Shown: positions 1 through 7,591 of the stretch, in pieces
Position numbering within the stretch: position 1 is the first letter of the stretch
Layout: each line of letters opens with the position of its first letter
Sequence record: NC_027387.1
Source: Escherichia phage CICC 80001
DNA length: 38,810 bases
Reading direction: 5' to 3' (one strand)
Position numbers and translations under genes: made by a program
The notes under the pieces: generated by a model
Databases searched by the model: none
Told to the model about the DNA's origin: nothing
Seen by the model: the letters and a program-made list of their open reading frames with translations, nothing else

Positions 1-1254
1 CGTGAAGCTGACCGTTCCAAATCTGAGGCCAATCGTGCTAAAGGTTATGCTGATAGTATGATAGAAAGTGTTGAGACAGCCAAAGGTCACGCCGACCGTT
101 CCAATAAGGAAGCTAATCGTGCTCGTGATGAGGCTGACCGTGCTGCTGGAGAAGTCACTAAGGCCGCTGCACATGTTGTCACCGCTGAGGAACATGCTGA
201 CCGGGCTGACACTGAGGCTAACCGTGCGAAGAGTGAAGCTGACCGCGCGAAGATTGAGGCCGATAAGTTGGGTAACACGAACGCACTTGCTGGGACCATT
301 GACAGAATTGAGGATAATGATGTCCACTTCAAGGGTAAAATAGGCGCGCGCTCTTTGAATCTACATAATGATGCAAAAGGTGAGGGTACACAGCCAGTTG
401 ACCAAGTGTGGAACCAATGGCGCGCACAGGACTCTAAGGTTACTGCATGGGAACAGTGGATTCGGGCTGGAAGTAAGCGCATGGACTACTATGTTTTCAC
501 TAGTACGGACCCGGAAACTTGGCCTGAAGGTCGCTCCAATAGTAAAGGTAATCATACATTTTATGGGGACGTTCTATTTGCTGGTGGTAACGTGGAGATG
601 CACGGCAACCTTTATGTTAATGCAGTCGATTCTAAAAATACCGTTGCCCTTACAAATGTGGGTGCTAGCTTTAGGGCAAAAACACAAGGTGGCGGATGGA
701 GCCAGTGGACAGGAAGTCAATCTCCAGACGTGCAGCATGACATTGAAGGGCAGGGTGATACAAGCTATCTCCTTGAGCGAGCTACAATTTGGGGCAAAGA
801 ACACCTGTACGGTAAATGCTTGTACAACAATGGTACTGGTGCAAACTTCTTTATCCGTCACTACCTTCGCAATGCTTACTTTGATGTGTGTTCGGATGGT
901 TCCCTTAAAAGCTCTACGGGGTGGTACATTCCATCAGATGGTAACTTATTCATCAAGAAGTATGACTCGTACATTGATACTTGGGTCAACAGACGCTTGG
1001 GAGAACATGCCTACACTAAAAGTGAAGTGAACAGCCTAATTAGTAGTAACAAACAAGGGGCGAATAGTGTCTATTGGGGTCCGTCGCGATCCGTTGCAAG
1101 GAAATACTATAGGTCGCAAGAAATCCTAGCTGGGGGTGGCGAGGCTATGACTGGCATGGTGTTTGATGAACAAAACATAGTGAGTGGTGTGCGTTTCTGT
1201 GCTCTGTGGATAACCTTCCACGATGGTACAAAGCGTATCGTTGCATCACAATAA
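1..1254 (+). CDS. 17: Tail fibre protein gp17, C-terminal part (5' end runs off the window start; continues from the N-terminal part at 38238..38810 if the genome is circularly permuted)
   Basis: Frame-1 ORF open from nt 1; EADR/EANR coiled-coil repeats then a globular tip; architecture parallels T7 gp17 (EADKL..NxLAGxIDxxDxxxVxxKG) but the distal domain is diverged; followed by the holin gene as in T7. Confidence 0.85.
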   Translation, partial: READRSKSEANRAKGYADSMIESVETAKGHADRSNKEANRARDEADRAAGEVTKAAAHVVTAEEHADRADTEANRAKSEADRAKIEADKLGNTNALAGTIDRIEDNDVHFKGKIGARSLNLHNDAKGEGTQPVDQVWNQWRAQDSKVTAWEQWIRAGSKRMDYYVFTSTDPETWPEGRSNSKGNHTFYGDVLFAGGNVEMHGNLYVNAVDSKNTVALTNVGASFRAKTQGGGWSQWTGSQSPDVQHDIEGQGDTSYLLERATIWGKEHLYGKCLYNNGTGANFFIRHYLRNAYFDVCSDGSLKSSTGWYIPSDGNLFIKKYDSYIDTWVNRRLGEHAYTKSEVNSLISSNKQGANSVYWGPSRSVARKYYRSQEILAGGGEAMTGMVFDEQNIVSGVRFCALWITFHDGTKRIVASQ

Positions 1255-1267
1255 AGGAGACAATAAA

Positions 1268-1597
1268 ATGCGTAAGTTCTACAACTGGAAGTACAGCATT
1301 ACTTATGCTTATGGACAACCAACGTATGACGTGATTGACAAAGAAGGTAACGACTGGTATCGCCTGATGTGTGAACTTGAAGTTCGCCCTGAGAAGTGGG
1401 TCGTTGGGGTTAACCCCAACGGCTCAGTCTCTTGGTGGTCTGATGGTTCCGTAGATGGTACATATGCGCCGCCTGAAGGTGGCATGGTGATTGTTTGTGA
1501 AGAGTTCCTACCTGATTATGGACAACGCTGGGTGGACTCTGAGGACCGCTGGGAGTTGATTTCAGAAGCGACTAAAGCACCTAAGGAGGGTAGTTAA
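1268..1597 (+). CDS. Hypothetical protein (110 aa) between tail fibre and holin; possible tail-fibre accessory or assembly protein
   Basis: ATG at 1268 preceded by AAGGAG; stop directly abuts holin start (TAAATG at 1595-1600); no counterpart at this position in T7 as I recall it. Confidence 0.6.
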   Translation: MRKFYNWKYSITYAYGQPTYDVIDKEGNDWYRLMCELEVRPEKWVVGVNPNGSVSWWSDGSVDGTYAPPEGGMVIVCEEFLPDYGQRWVDSEDRWELISEATKAPKEGS

Positions 1598-1801
1598 ATG
1601 TTATCGCTGGACTTCAACAATGAACTCGTAAAGGCGGCTCCAATTGTCGGGACGGGTGTGGCTGATGGTGCAGCCCGTCTCTTCTTCGGATTGTCGCTAA
1701 ACGAATGGTTTTACGTTGCTGCTATCGCCTATACAGTGGTTCAAATTGGTGCCAAGGTAGTCGATAAGATGATTGACTGGAAGAAAGTCAATAAGGAGTA
1801 A
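1598..1801 (+). CDS. 17.5: Holin gp17.5 (class II holin)
   Basis: 67 aa MLSLDFNNEL..., near-identical to T7 gp17.5; hydrophobic segments. Confidence 0.95.
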   Translation: MLSLDFNNELVKAAPIVGTGVADGAARLFFGLSLNEWFYVAAIAYTVVQIGAKVVDKMIDWKKVNKE

Positions 1802-1806
1802 CACAT

Positions 1807-2076
1807 ATGGAAAAAGATAAGAGCCTTATTACGTTCTTAGAGATGTTGGACACTGCGATGGCTCAGCGTATGCTCGCTGATTTATCCAACGACGAGAGGC
1901 GGACTCCACAACTCTACAACGCCATCAATAAACTGTTAGACCGCCACAAGTTCCAGATTGGTAAGTTGCAGCCGGATGTTCACATCTTGGGTGGCCTTGC
2001 TGGTGCTCTTGAGGAGTACAAAGAGAAAGTCGGTGATAACGGTCTTACAGACGACGATATTTACACGTTACAGTGA
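1807..2076 (+). CDS. 18: Terminase small subunit / DNA maturation protein gp18
   Basis: 89 aa MEKDKSLITFLEMLDTAMAQRM..., matches T7 gp18. Confidence 0.95.
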   Translation: MEKDKSLITFLEMLDTAMAQRMLADLSNDERRTPQLYNAINKLLDRHKFQIGKLQPDVHILGGLAGALEEYKEKVGDNGLTDDDIYTLQ

Positions 2077-2077
2077 T

Positions 2078-2112
2078 ATACTCAAGGCCACTACATATAG
2101 TGGTCTTTATGG
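2078..2112 (+). promoter_or_regulatory. RNase III processing hairpin (R18.5-like)
   Basis: ACTCAAGGCCACTACATATAGTGGTCTTTATGG inverted repeat, T7 R-site type. Confidence 0.5.
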
Positions 2113-2170
2113 ATGTCATTGTCTATACGAGATGCTCCTACGTGAAATCTGAAAATTAACGGGAGGCATT

Positions 2171-2614
2171 ATGCTGGAATTTTTACGTAAGCTGGTCCCT
2201 TGGGTTCTCGCTGGGATGCTATTCGGATGGGGATGGCAACTTGGGGCTGACTCAATGGACGCTAAATGGAAACAGGAGGTACAGAATGAGTACGTTAAGA
2301 GAGTTGAGGCTACAGCGAGCACTCAAAGAGCACTCAATGAAATATCGGCTAAGTATCAAGAAGACCTTGCCGCGTTGGAAGGGAGCACTGATAGGATTAT
2401 TACTGATTTGCGTAGCGACAATAAGCGGCTGCGCGTCAGAGTCAAAACTACCGGAACCTCCGATGATAAGTGTGGATTCGAGCCTGATGGTCGAGCCGAA
2501 CTTGACGAGCGAGATGCTAAAAGTATTCTCGCAGTGACCAAAAGGGGTGACGCGTGGATTCGCGCTCTACAGGACACTATACGCGAACTACAGCATAAGC
2601 AGGAGGTTAAGTAA
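2171..2614 (+). CDS. 18.5: Inner-membrane spanin gp18.5 (Rz-like)
   Basis: 147 aa [22 protein letters not shown]..., matches T7 gp18.5. Confidence 0.9.
   Translation: MLEFLRKLVPWVLAGMLFGWGWQLGADSMDAKWKQEVQNEYVKRVEATASTQRALNEISAKYQEDLAALEGSTDRIITDLRSDNKRLRVRVKTTGTSDDKCGFEPDGRAELDERDAKSILAVTKRGDAWIRALQDTIRELQHKQEVK
2286..2537 (+). CDS. 18.7: Outer-membrane spanin gp18.7 (Rz1-like), embedded in gene 18.5 in another frame
   Basis: [15 protein letters not shown]... with lipobox-like [11 protein letters not shown]; matches T7 gp18.7; listed ORF 2241..2537 trimmed to the conserved Met. Confidence 0.8.
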   Translation: MSTLRELRLQRALKEHSMKYRLSIKKTLPRWKGALIGLLLICVATISGCASESKLPEPPMISVDSSLMVEPNLTSEMLKVFSQ

Positions 2615-4386
2615 TGAGTAAAGGTGTATCCGCTCAGTCCAATCGTAATGCGCTCGTTGTGGTGCAACTAAAGGGTGACTTCGTGGCGTTCCTGTTCGTC
2701 TTATGGAAGGCGTTAAACCTACCAGTACCTACTAAGTGTCAGATTGATATGGCTAAGGTATTGGCGAATGGGGATAACAAGAAGTTCATCCTACAGGCTT
2801 TCCGTGGTATCGGTAAGTCATTCATCACTTGTGCGTTCGTTGTGTGGTCATTATGGAGAGACCCTCAGTTGAAGATACTCATCGTATCAGCCTCTAAGGA
2901 ACGTGCAGACGCTAACTCCATCTTCATCAAGAACATCATTGACCTACTGCCGTTTCTCAGTGAGTTGAAGCCGAGACCCGGACAGCGTGACTCTGTGATT
3001 AGCTTTGACGTTGGTCCTGCTAGTCCTGACCACTCTCCTAGTGTGAAGTCAGTAGGTATCACTGGTCAGTTAACTGGTAGCCGTGCTGATATTATCATTG
3101 CGGATGACGTTGAGATTCCGTCTAACAGTGCAACTATGGGTGCCCGTGAAAAGCTATGGACTCTCGTTCAGGAGTTCGCTGCGTTGCTTAAACCACTGCC
3201 TACTTCTCGTGTCATCTATCTGGGTACACCTCAAACTGAGATGACTCTCTATAAGGAACTTGAAGATAACCGTGGGTACTCCACTATCATCTGGCCTGCT
3301 CTGTATCCAAGGACTCGCGAGGAAAACCTCTACTACTCTCAGCGTCTGGCACCAATGCTCCGTGCTGAGTACGAGGAGAATCCTGAGGCGCTCGCTGGGA
3401 CTCCTACGGACCCTGTGCGCTTCGACCGTGATGACCTGCGTGAGCGTGAGTTGGAATACGGTAAGGCTGGCTTCACGTTACAGTTCATGCTTAACCCGAA
3501 CCTGAGTGATGCCGAGAAGTACCCTCTGAGGCTCCGTGACGCTATCGTAGCGGCCTTAGACTTAGAGAAGGCCCCAATGCATTACCAGTGGCTTCCGAAC
3601 CGTCAGAACATCATTGAGGACCTTCCTAACGTGGGCCTTAAGGGTGACGACCTGCATACATACCATGAGTGCTCAAATAACTCTGGTCAGTATCAACAGA
3701 AGATTCTGGTCATTGACCCAAGTGGTCGTGGTAAGGACGAAACAGGGTACGCTGTACTGTACACCCTCAATGGTTACATCTACCTAATGGAAGCTGGTGG
3801 TTTCCGTGATGGCTACTCCGATAAGACCCTTGAGTTGCTCGCTAAGAAAGCTAAGCAATGGGGAGTCCAGACGGTTGTCTACGAGAGTAACTTCGGTGAC
3901 GGTATGTTTGGTAAGGTGTTCAGTCCTATCCTTCTTAAACACCACAACTGTGCTATGGAAGAGATTCGTGCTCGTGGTATGAAGGAGATGCGTATTTGTG
4001 ATACCCTTGAGCCAGTCATGCAGACTCACCGCCTTGTCATTCGAGATGAGGTCATTAGGGCCGACTACCAGTCCGCTCGCGATATAGACGGTAAGCATGA
4101 CGTTAAATATTCACTGTTCTACCAGATGACCCGTATCACTCGTGAGAAAGGTGCTCTGGCACACGATGACCGATTGGATGCCCTTGCGTTAGGCATTGAG
4201 TATCTCCGTGAGTCCATGCAACTGGATTCCGTTAAGGTAGAGGGTGAAGTGCTTGCTGACTTCCTTGAGGAGCACATGATGCGTCCTACAGTAGCTGCTA
4301 CGCATATCATTGAGATGACTGTGGGAGGAGTTGATGTGTACTCTGAGGACGATGAGGGTTACGGTACATCTTTCATTGAGTGGTGA
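2614..4386 (+). CDS. 19: Terminase large subunit / DNA maturation protein gp19
   Basis: 590 aa, near-identical to T7 gp19 over most of its length. Confidence 0.97.
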   Translation: MSKGVSAQSNRNALVVVQLKGDFVAFLFVLWKALNLPVPTKCQIDMAKVLANGDNKKFILQAFRGIGKSFITCAFVVWSLWRDPQLKILIVSASKERADANSIFIKNIIDLLPFLSELKPRPGQRDSVISFDVGPASPDHSPSVKSVGITGQLTGSRADIIIADDVEIPSNSATMGAREKLWTLVQEFAALLKPLPTSRVIYLGTPQTEMTLYKELEDNRGYSTIIWPALYPRTREENLYYSQRLAPMLRAEYEENPEALAGTPTDPVRFDRDDLRERELEYGKAGFTLQFMLNPNLSDAEKYPLRLRDAIVAALDLEKAPMHYQWLPNRQNIIEDLPNVGLKGDDLHTYHECSNNSGQYQQKILVIDPSGRGKDETGYAVLYTLNGYIYLMEAGGFRDGYSDKTLELLAKKAKQWGVQTVVYESNFGDGMFGKVFSPILLKHHNCAMEEIRARGMKEMRICDTLEPVMQTHRLVIRDEVIRADYQSARDIDGKHDVKYSLFYQMTRITREKGALAHDDRLDALALGIEYLRESMQLDSVKVEGEVLADFLEEHMMRPTVAATHIIEMTVGGVDVYSEDDEGYGTSFIEW

Positions 4387-4423
4387 TTTACGAGGCCAAG
4401 GAAGGCCGCTTTAAGGAGGTAAT

Positions 4424-4867
4424 ATGATAAACAAGAAGAAGTATGTTGTCGATAAGGATACTGGCTGCTGGAACTTTAAGGGCTGTAAGACTAAGACTGG
4501 TTATGGTCGTATTCGTGTAAATGGAGTCCATTGGATGGCCCACAGGTATTCCCTGAGTTGTCATCTAGGCAGACCGATAGCTGACGGAATGGTTGTGATG
4601 CACCTGTGTGATAACCCCTCATGTGTTAACCCTGAGCACCTTAAGGAAGGGACTCAGAAGGAAAACATAGAGGACTGCATCTCAAAAGGTCGAGCAACTA
4701 AGGCCACAGGCAAACGCGATGCGTCGAAGAGAGACCCTAGCGAGGAACGTAAGGCTATAGTGATTCGTAGATACCATAAAGGCTGGACCGCAACGTCCAT
4801 AGCGAGATACCATAAGCTCTCTGTGGCGTGGGTCAAGAGGGCCATTGAGGAGTACCTAAGTGATTGA
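4424..4867 (+). CDS. HNH homing-endonuclease-like protein
   Basis: 147 aa; GCWNFKGC...GYGRIRVNGVHWMAHRYSL...MHLCDNPSCVNPEHL core (His-Asn-His with Cys pairs) plus basic C-terminal tail; AAGGAGG RBS; same architecture as T7 gp2.8/gp7.7-type proteins but at a different locus. Confidence 0.85.
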   Translation: MINKKKYVVDKDTGCWNFKGCKTKTGYGRIRVNGVHWMAHRYSLSCHLGRPIADGMVVMHLCDNPSCVNPEHLKEGTQKENIEDCISKGRATKATGKRDASKRDPSEERKAIVIRRYHKGWTATSIARYHKLSVAWVKRAIEEYLSD

Positions 4868-4918
4868 TATTTGAAATTAGTGATACAGGTCTAAGTATAT
4901 GATTACAGACCGTTATTC

Positions 4919-4941
4919 TAATTCGACTCACTATAGGGAGA
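4919..4941 (+). promoter_or_regulatory. T7-type promoter (phiOR-equivalent)
   Basis: TAATTCGACTCACTATAGGGAGA. Confidence 0.85.
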
Positions 4942-5031
4942 AGCCTACCTAAAGATTACTATAAGACTTAAAGTGTCCTATAAGGTAGGTTGTTATTATT
5001 GTTAATACAACCAACATAAAGGAGGAGACTC

Positions 5032-5181
5032 ATGTTCCGCTTATTGTTGAACCTACTGCGGCATAGAGTCACCTATCGCTTTCTTGTGGTACTTTGTGCT
5101 GCCCTTGGGTACGCATCTCTTAATGGAGACCTCAGTTCACTGGAGTCTGCCGTTTGCTCTTTACTCACTTGTAGTGATTAA
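5032..5181 (+). CDS. 19.5: gp19.5 small hydrophobic protein
   Basis: 49 aa MFRLLLNLLRHRVTYRFLVVLCAALGYASL..., matches T7 gp19.5; GGAGGAG RBS; below the 60-aa cutoff of the ORF track. Confidence 0.85.
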   Translation: MFRLLLNLLRHRVTYRFLVVLCAALGYASLNGDLSSLESAVCSLLTCSD

Positions 5182-5422
5182 GGTCTTCCTGACCGACTGA
5201 GGGCTCACCGAGGGATTCAGCGGTATGATTACATCACACCACTTCATCCCTATAGAGTCAAGTCCTAAGGTATACCCATAAAGAGCCTCTAATGGTCTAT
5301 CCGTAAGGTCTATACCTAAAGATAGGCCATCCTATCAGTGGAACCTAAAGAGGGTCTTAGAGAGGGCCTGAGGAGTTCCTAGAGGGTCCTTTAAAATATA
5401 CCATAAAAATCTGAGTGACTAT

Positions 5423-5569
5423 CTCACAGTTTAAGAACCCAAAGTTCCCCCCATAGGGGTCCCTAAATCCCAGCCAATCACCTAAAGTCAACCGAAGGTT
5501 GACCTTGAGGGTTCCCTGGGGTTGGGGATGACCCTTTGGGTGTTACCTTGAGTGTCTCTCTGTGCCCCT
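5423..5569. repeat. Terminal repeat homologue (single copy in this permuted sequence); physical genome ends expected here
   Basis: Begins TCTCACAGT as the T7 left end does, ends ...GTGTCTCTCTGTGCCCCT; preceded by ...ATCTGAGTGACTATC as at the T7 right junction; boundaries approximate. Confidence 0.55.
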
Positions 5570-5750
5570 ACCTGTTAAAGCCTCCTAAAGTCACCTCCTA
5601 AGGTCATTCCTACCGTCTACAGCCTAAAGACTACACTTAAAGACCCATTCAGTCAATCCCTATCTTAAAGATATTCTAAAGACCATCCTAAAGCCTATTC
5701 CTAAAGATGCCTTGTTGTTACCTATAAAGAGATTATCTTTAATCATTGTC
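5570..5750. repeat. Array of short CTAAAG/TAAAG-containing repeats next to the terminal repeat
   Basis: Repeated CCTAAAG-like heptamers every 12-20 bp, as at the T7 left end. Confidence 0.6.
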
Positions 5751-5752
5751 TT

Positions 5753-5775
5753 TAATACAACTCACTATAGGGAGA
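5753..5775 (+). promoter_or_regulatory. T7-type promoter (phiOL-equivalent)
   Basis: TAATACAACTCACTATAGGGAGA. Confidence 0.85.
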
Positions 5776-5828
5776 GACTACTTAAAGAGGACCAAAGAGA
5801 GATTAATCAAAATAATTTAAAAAGAGTA

Positions 5829-5864
5829 TTGACTTAAAGAGTCCTACCGGTTACTATTCACCTC
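5829..5864 (+). promoter_or_regulatory. Host sigma70 early promoter A1
   Basis: TTGACT, 17-bp spacer, TACTAT; positional match to T7 A1. Confidence 0.75.
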
Positions 5865-5955
5865 GTCAACGGGACAACGGCCTAAAACCACTCCCTGAGA
5901 TACCGGGGTCAACCGGATAAGTAGACAGCCTGATAAGTCATACGAAAAACAGGCA

Positions 5956-5992
5956 TTGACAACACGAAGTAACATGCAGTAAGATACACAGC
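5956..5992 (+). promoter_or_regulatory. Host sigma70 early promoter A2
   Basis: TTGACA, 18-bp spacer, TAAGAT; matches T7 A2. Confidence 0.8.
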
Positions 5993-6062
5993 GTCAACAC
6001 GGTAGCACGGTGTCTTCTAGGTGACTTAAGCGCACCACGGCACATAAGGTGAAACAAAACGG

Positions 6063-6098
6063 TTGACAACATGCAGTAAACACGGTACGATGTACCAC
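6063..6098 (+). promoter_or_regulatory. Host sigma70 early promoter A3
   Basis: TTGACA, 17-bp spacer, TACGAT; matches T7 A3. Confidence 0.8.
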
Positions 6099-6209
6099 AA
6101 GCAGTAAGGGTGTAGGGATAGGAACCGAGAAACCTGCCCGTGACCCGCCAAGGATAAGGCACTAGCCATGAGTCGAATTCGGTCACTCATCGCATAAAAG
6201 AATAACAGG

Positions 6210-6245
6210 TTGACAGCCTCCTTTAAAAGCTGTAAGATGTACCAC
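6210..6245 (+). promoter_or_regulatory. Additional consensus-like sigma70 promoter (fourth in the tandem early array)
   Basis: TTGACA, 17-bp spacer, TAAGAT, then GTACCAC as downstream of A3. Confidence 0.6.
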
Positions 6246-6425
6246 GAAATGACGGAACAGTGAGTCACCACACTGAAAGGTGATGCGGTCTGACGAAACC
6301 TGACCAAAGACGCTCTTTAACAATCTGGTAAACGGCTCTTGAGTGTACACACGTAGCGGATAACCCAAGGGTATCGCAAGGTGCCCTTTATGATATCCAC
6401 TAACAACACTATGAGGTAACACACA

Positions 6426-6776
6426 ATGGCTATGTCTAACATGACTTACAACAACGTTTTTGATCACGCTTACGAAATGCTGAAAGAAAACACCCGTTAT
6501 GATGACATCCGTGACACTGATGACCTGCACGATGCAGTACACATGGCAGCCGATAGCGCCGTTCCGCACTATTACAGCGACGTTTTCAGCGTAATGGCAA
6601 GCGAGGGCATTGACCTTGAGTTTGAGGATTCTGGTCTGATGCCGGACACCAAGGACGTAATCCGTATCCTGCAAGCGCGTATCTATGAGCAATTAACGAT
6701 TGACCTCTGGGAAGACACTGAGGACTTACTGAACGAGTACCTTGAGGAAGTCGAAGAGTACGAGGAGGAAGAGTAA
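6426..6776 (+). CDS. 0.3: Ocr (gp0.3) DNA-mimic anti-restriction protein
   Basis: 116 aa [22 protein letters not shown]..., highly acidic, near-identical to T7 Ocr. Confidence 0.97.
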   Translation: MAMSNMTYNNVFDHAYEMLKENTRYDDIRDTDDLHDAVHMAADSAVPHYYSDVFSVMASEGIDLEFEDSGLMPDTKDVIRILQARIYEQLTIDLWEDTEDLLNEYLEEVEEYEEEE

Positions 6777-6928
6777 TGGCTAACAACGTACAATACGGTC
6801 TGACCGCTCAAACTGTACTGTTCTATAGTGACATGGTGCGCTGTGGCTTTGATTGGTCGCTCGCAATGGCACACCTTAAGGAACTGTACGAAAACAACAA
6901 GGCAATAGCCTTGAAGTCTGCTGAGTGA
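6776..6928 (+). CDS. 0.4: gp0.4 homologue
   Basis: 50 aa [32 protein letters not shown]..., matches T7 gp0.4; TAATG overlap with 0.3. Confidence 0.8.
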   Translation: MANNVQYGLTAQTVLFYSDMVRCGFDWSLAMAHLKELYENNKAIALKSAE

Positions 6929-6978
6929 TAGGCTCAAGGTCGCTCAATATGAGTGGCCTTTATGATTATCACTTTAAC
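6929..6978 (+). promoter_or_regulatory. RNase III-type hairpin (extra copy of the R0.5-like site)
   Basis: GGCTCAAGGTCGCTCAATATGAGTGGCCTTTATGATTATCACTTTAAC, paralogous to the site at 7246..7300. Confidence 0.5.
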
Positions 6979-6997
6979 ATGTAATAGGACTAACACC

Positions 6998-7198
6998 ATG
7001 AGTAAACTTCTGGCAACATCTAAAATCAAAGGTCAATGCACTGTAACACTGCGAGAGTATGATCACGGGGCAATGGGTAGCACCTACGTTGTGCGATACG
7101 GTAAACAAGTCACCCAATGGGTGAACGAGGTTTTGGCACAAGAAGAATACCAAGCCTGCGTGATACACCAAGCAACATGTGCAGGCTGGAATGACTGA
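6998..7198 (+). CDS. Hypothetical early protein (66 aa), no T7 counterpart at this position
   Basis: ATG at 6998 with AGGA 8 nt upstream; ORF MSKLLATSKIKGQCTVTLREYDHG...; between genes 0.4 and 0.5, flanked by two RNase III-like hairpins; listed ORF 6953..7198 trimmed to the Met outside the hairpin. Confidence 0.55.
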   Translation: MSKLLATSKIKGQCTVTLREYDHGAMGSTYVVRYGKQVTQWVNEVLAQEEYQACVIHQATCAGWND

Positions 7199-7245
7199 TG
7201 GCGCTATTTGTACGCACTGGATACTAACCTTCGAGTCCACCCAGT

Positions 7246-7300
7246 GATAAACTCAAGGTCGCTCCTAGCGAGTGGCCTTTATGATTATCACTTTACTTAC
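7246..7300 (+). promoter_or_regulatory. RNase III processing site (R0.5-equivalent)
   Basis: AAACTCAAGGTCGCTCCTAGCGAGTGGCCTTTATGATTATCACTTTAC, matches T7 R0.5. Confidence 0.6.
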
Positions 7301-7307
7301 GGGAATA

Positions 7308-7442
7308 ATGTATATGCTTACTATCGGTCTACTCACCGCTCTGGGTCTAGCTGTAGGCGCATCCTTTGGGAAGTCCTTAGGCGTAGCTGTAGGCGCTTAC
7401 TTGGTCGCTTGTATCATTACGGGAGCACTGCGCAAATGCTGA
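7308..7442 (+). CDS. 0.5: gp0.5 small membrane protein homologue
   Basis: 44 aa MYMLTIGLLTALGLAVGASFGK..., matches T7 gp0.5. Confidence 0.7.
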   Translation: MYMLTIGLLTALGLAVGASFGKSLGVAVGAYLVACIITGALRKC

Positions 7443-7573
7443 AACACTACGTTATGCCTATCCACACCAAGAACGGTGCTACAGTTTGCACACCTGATGG
7501 CTTCGCAATGAAACAACGAATCGAACGCCTTAAGCGTGAACTGCGCACCAATCGCAAGCTCAACAATATCTAA
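7436..7573 (+). CDS. 0.6: gp0.6 homologue
   Basis: 45 aa MLKHYVMPIHTKNGATVCTPDGFAMKQRIERLKRELR..., matches T7 gp0.6A N-terminus. Confidence 0.7.
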   Translation: MLKHYVMPIHTKNGATVCTPDGFAMKQRIERLKRELRTNRKLNNI

Positions 7574-7591
7574 TCACATTAACACTGGAGA

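Noticed and set aside
368-1030. 220-aa alternate-frame ORF on the + strand inside tail-fibre gene 17, and similar overlapping + strand ORFs (68..343, 15377..15829, 2241..2285 upstream extension of 18.7)
   Set aside because: Out-of-frame overlaps of a clearly coding gene with no independent start signals; only the documented T7 overlapping genes (18.7, 4B, 10B, tentatively 4.2) were kept
4942-5031. Imperfect inverted repeat (CCTACCT...AGGTAGG) between phiOR and gene 19.5, considered as a terminator or regulatory hairpin
   Set aside because: The stem is only about 7 bp with a loop of about 35 nt and no U-tract; too weak to call from sequence alone
5570-5750. Regularly spaced short repeats that look superficially like a CRISPR array or iteron cluster
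   Set aside because: Units are about 7 bp (CCTAAAG-like) with irregular 5-15 bp spacing, with no 25-40 bp direct repeats or spacers and no cas genes; they match the known T7 terminal short repeats
7199-7245. Tiny 9-codon ORF (ATGGCGCTATTTGTACGCACTGGATACTAA) after the novel early ORF
   Set aside because: Too short, no RBS, and it lies in the spacer before the R0.5 hairpin; most likely non-coding
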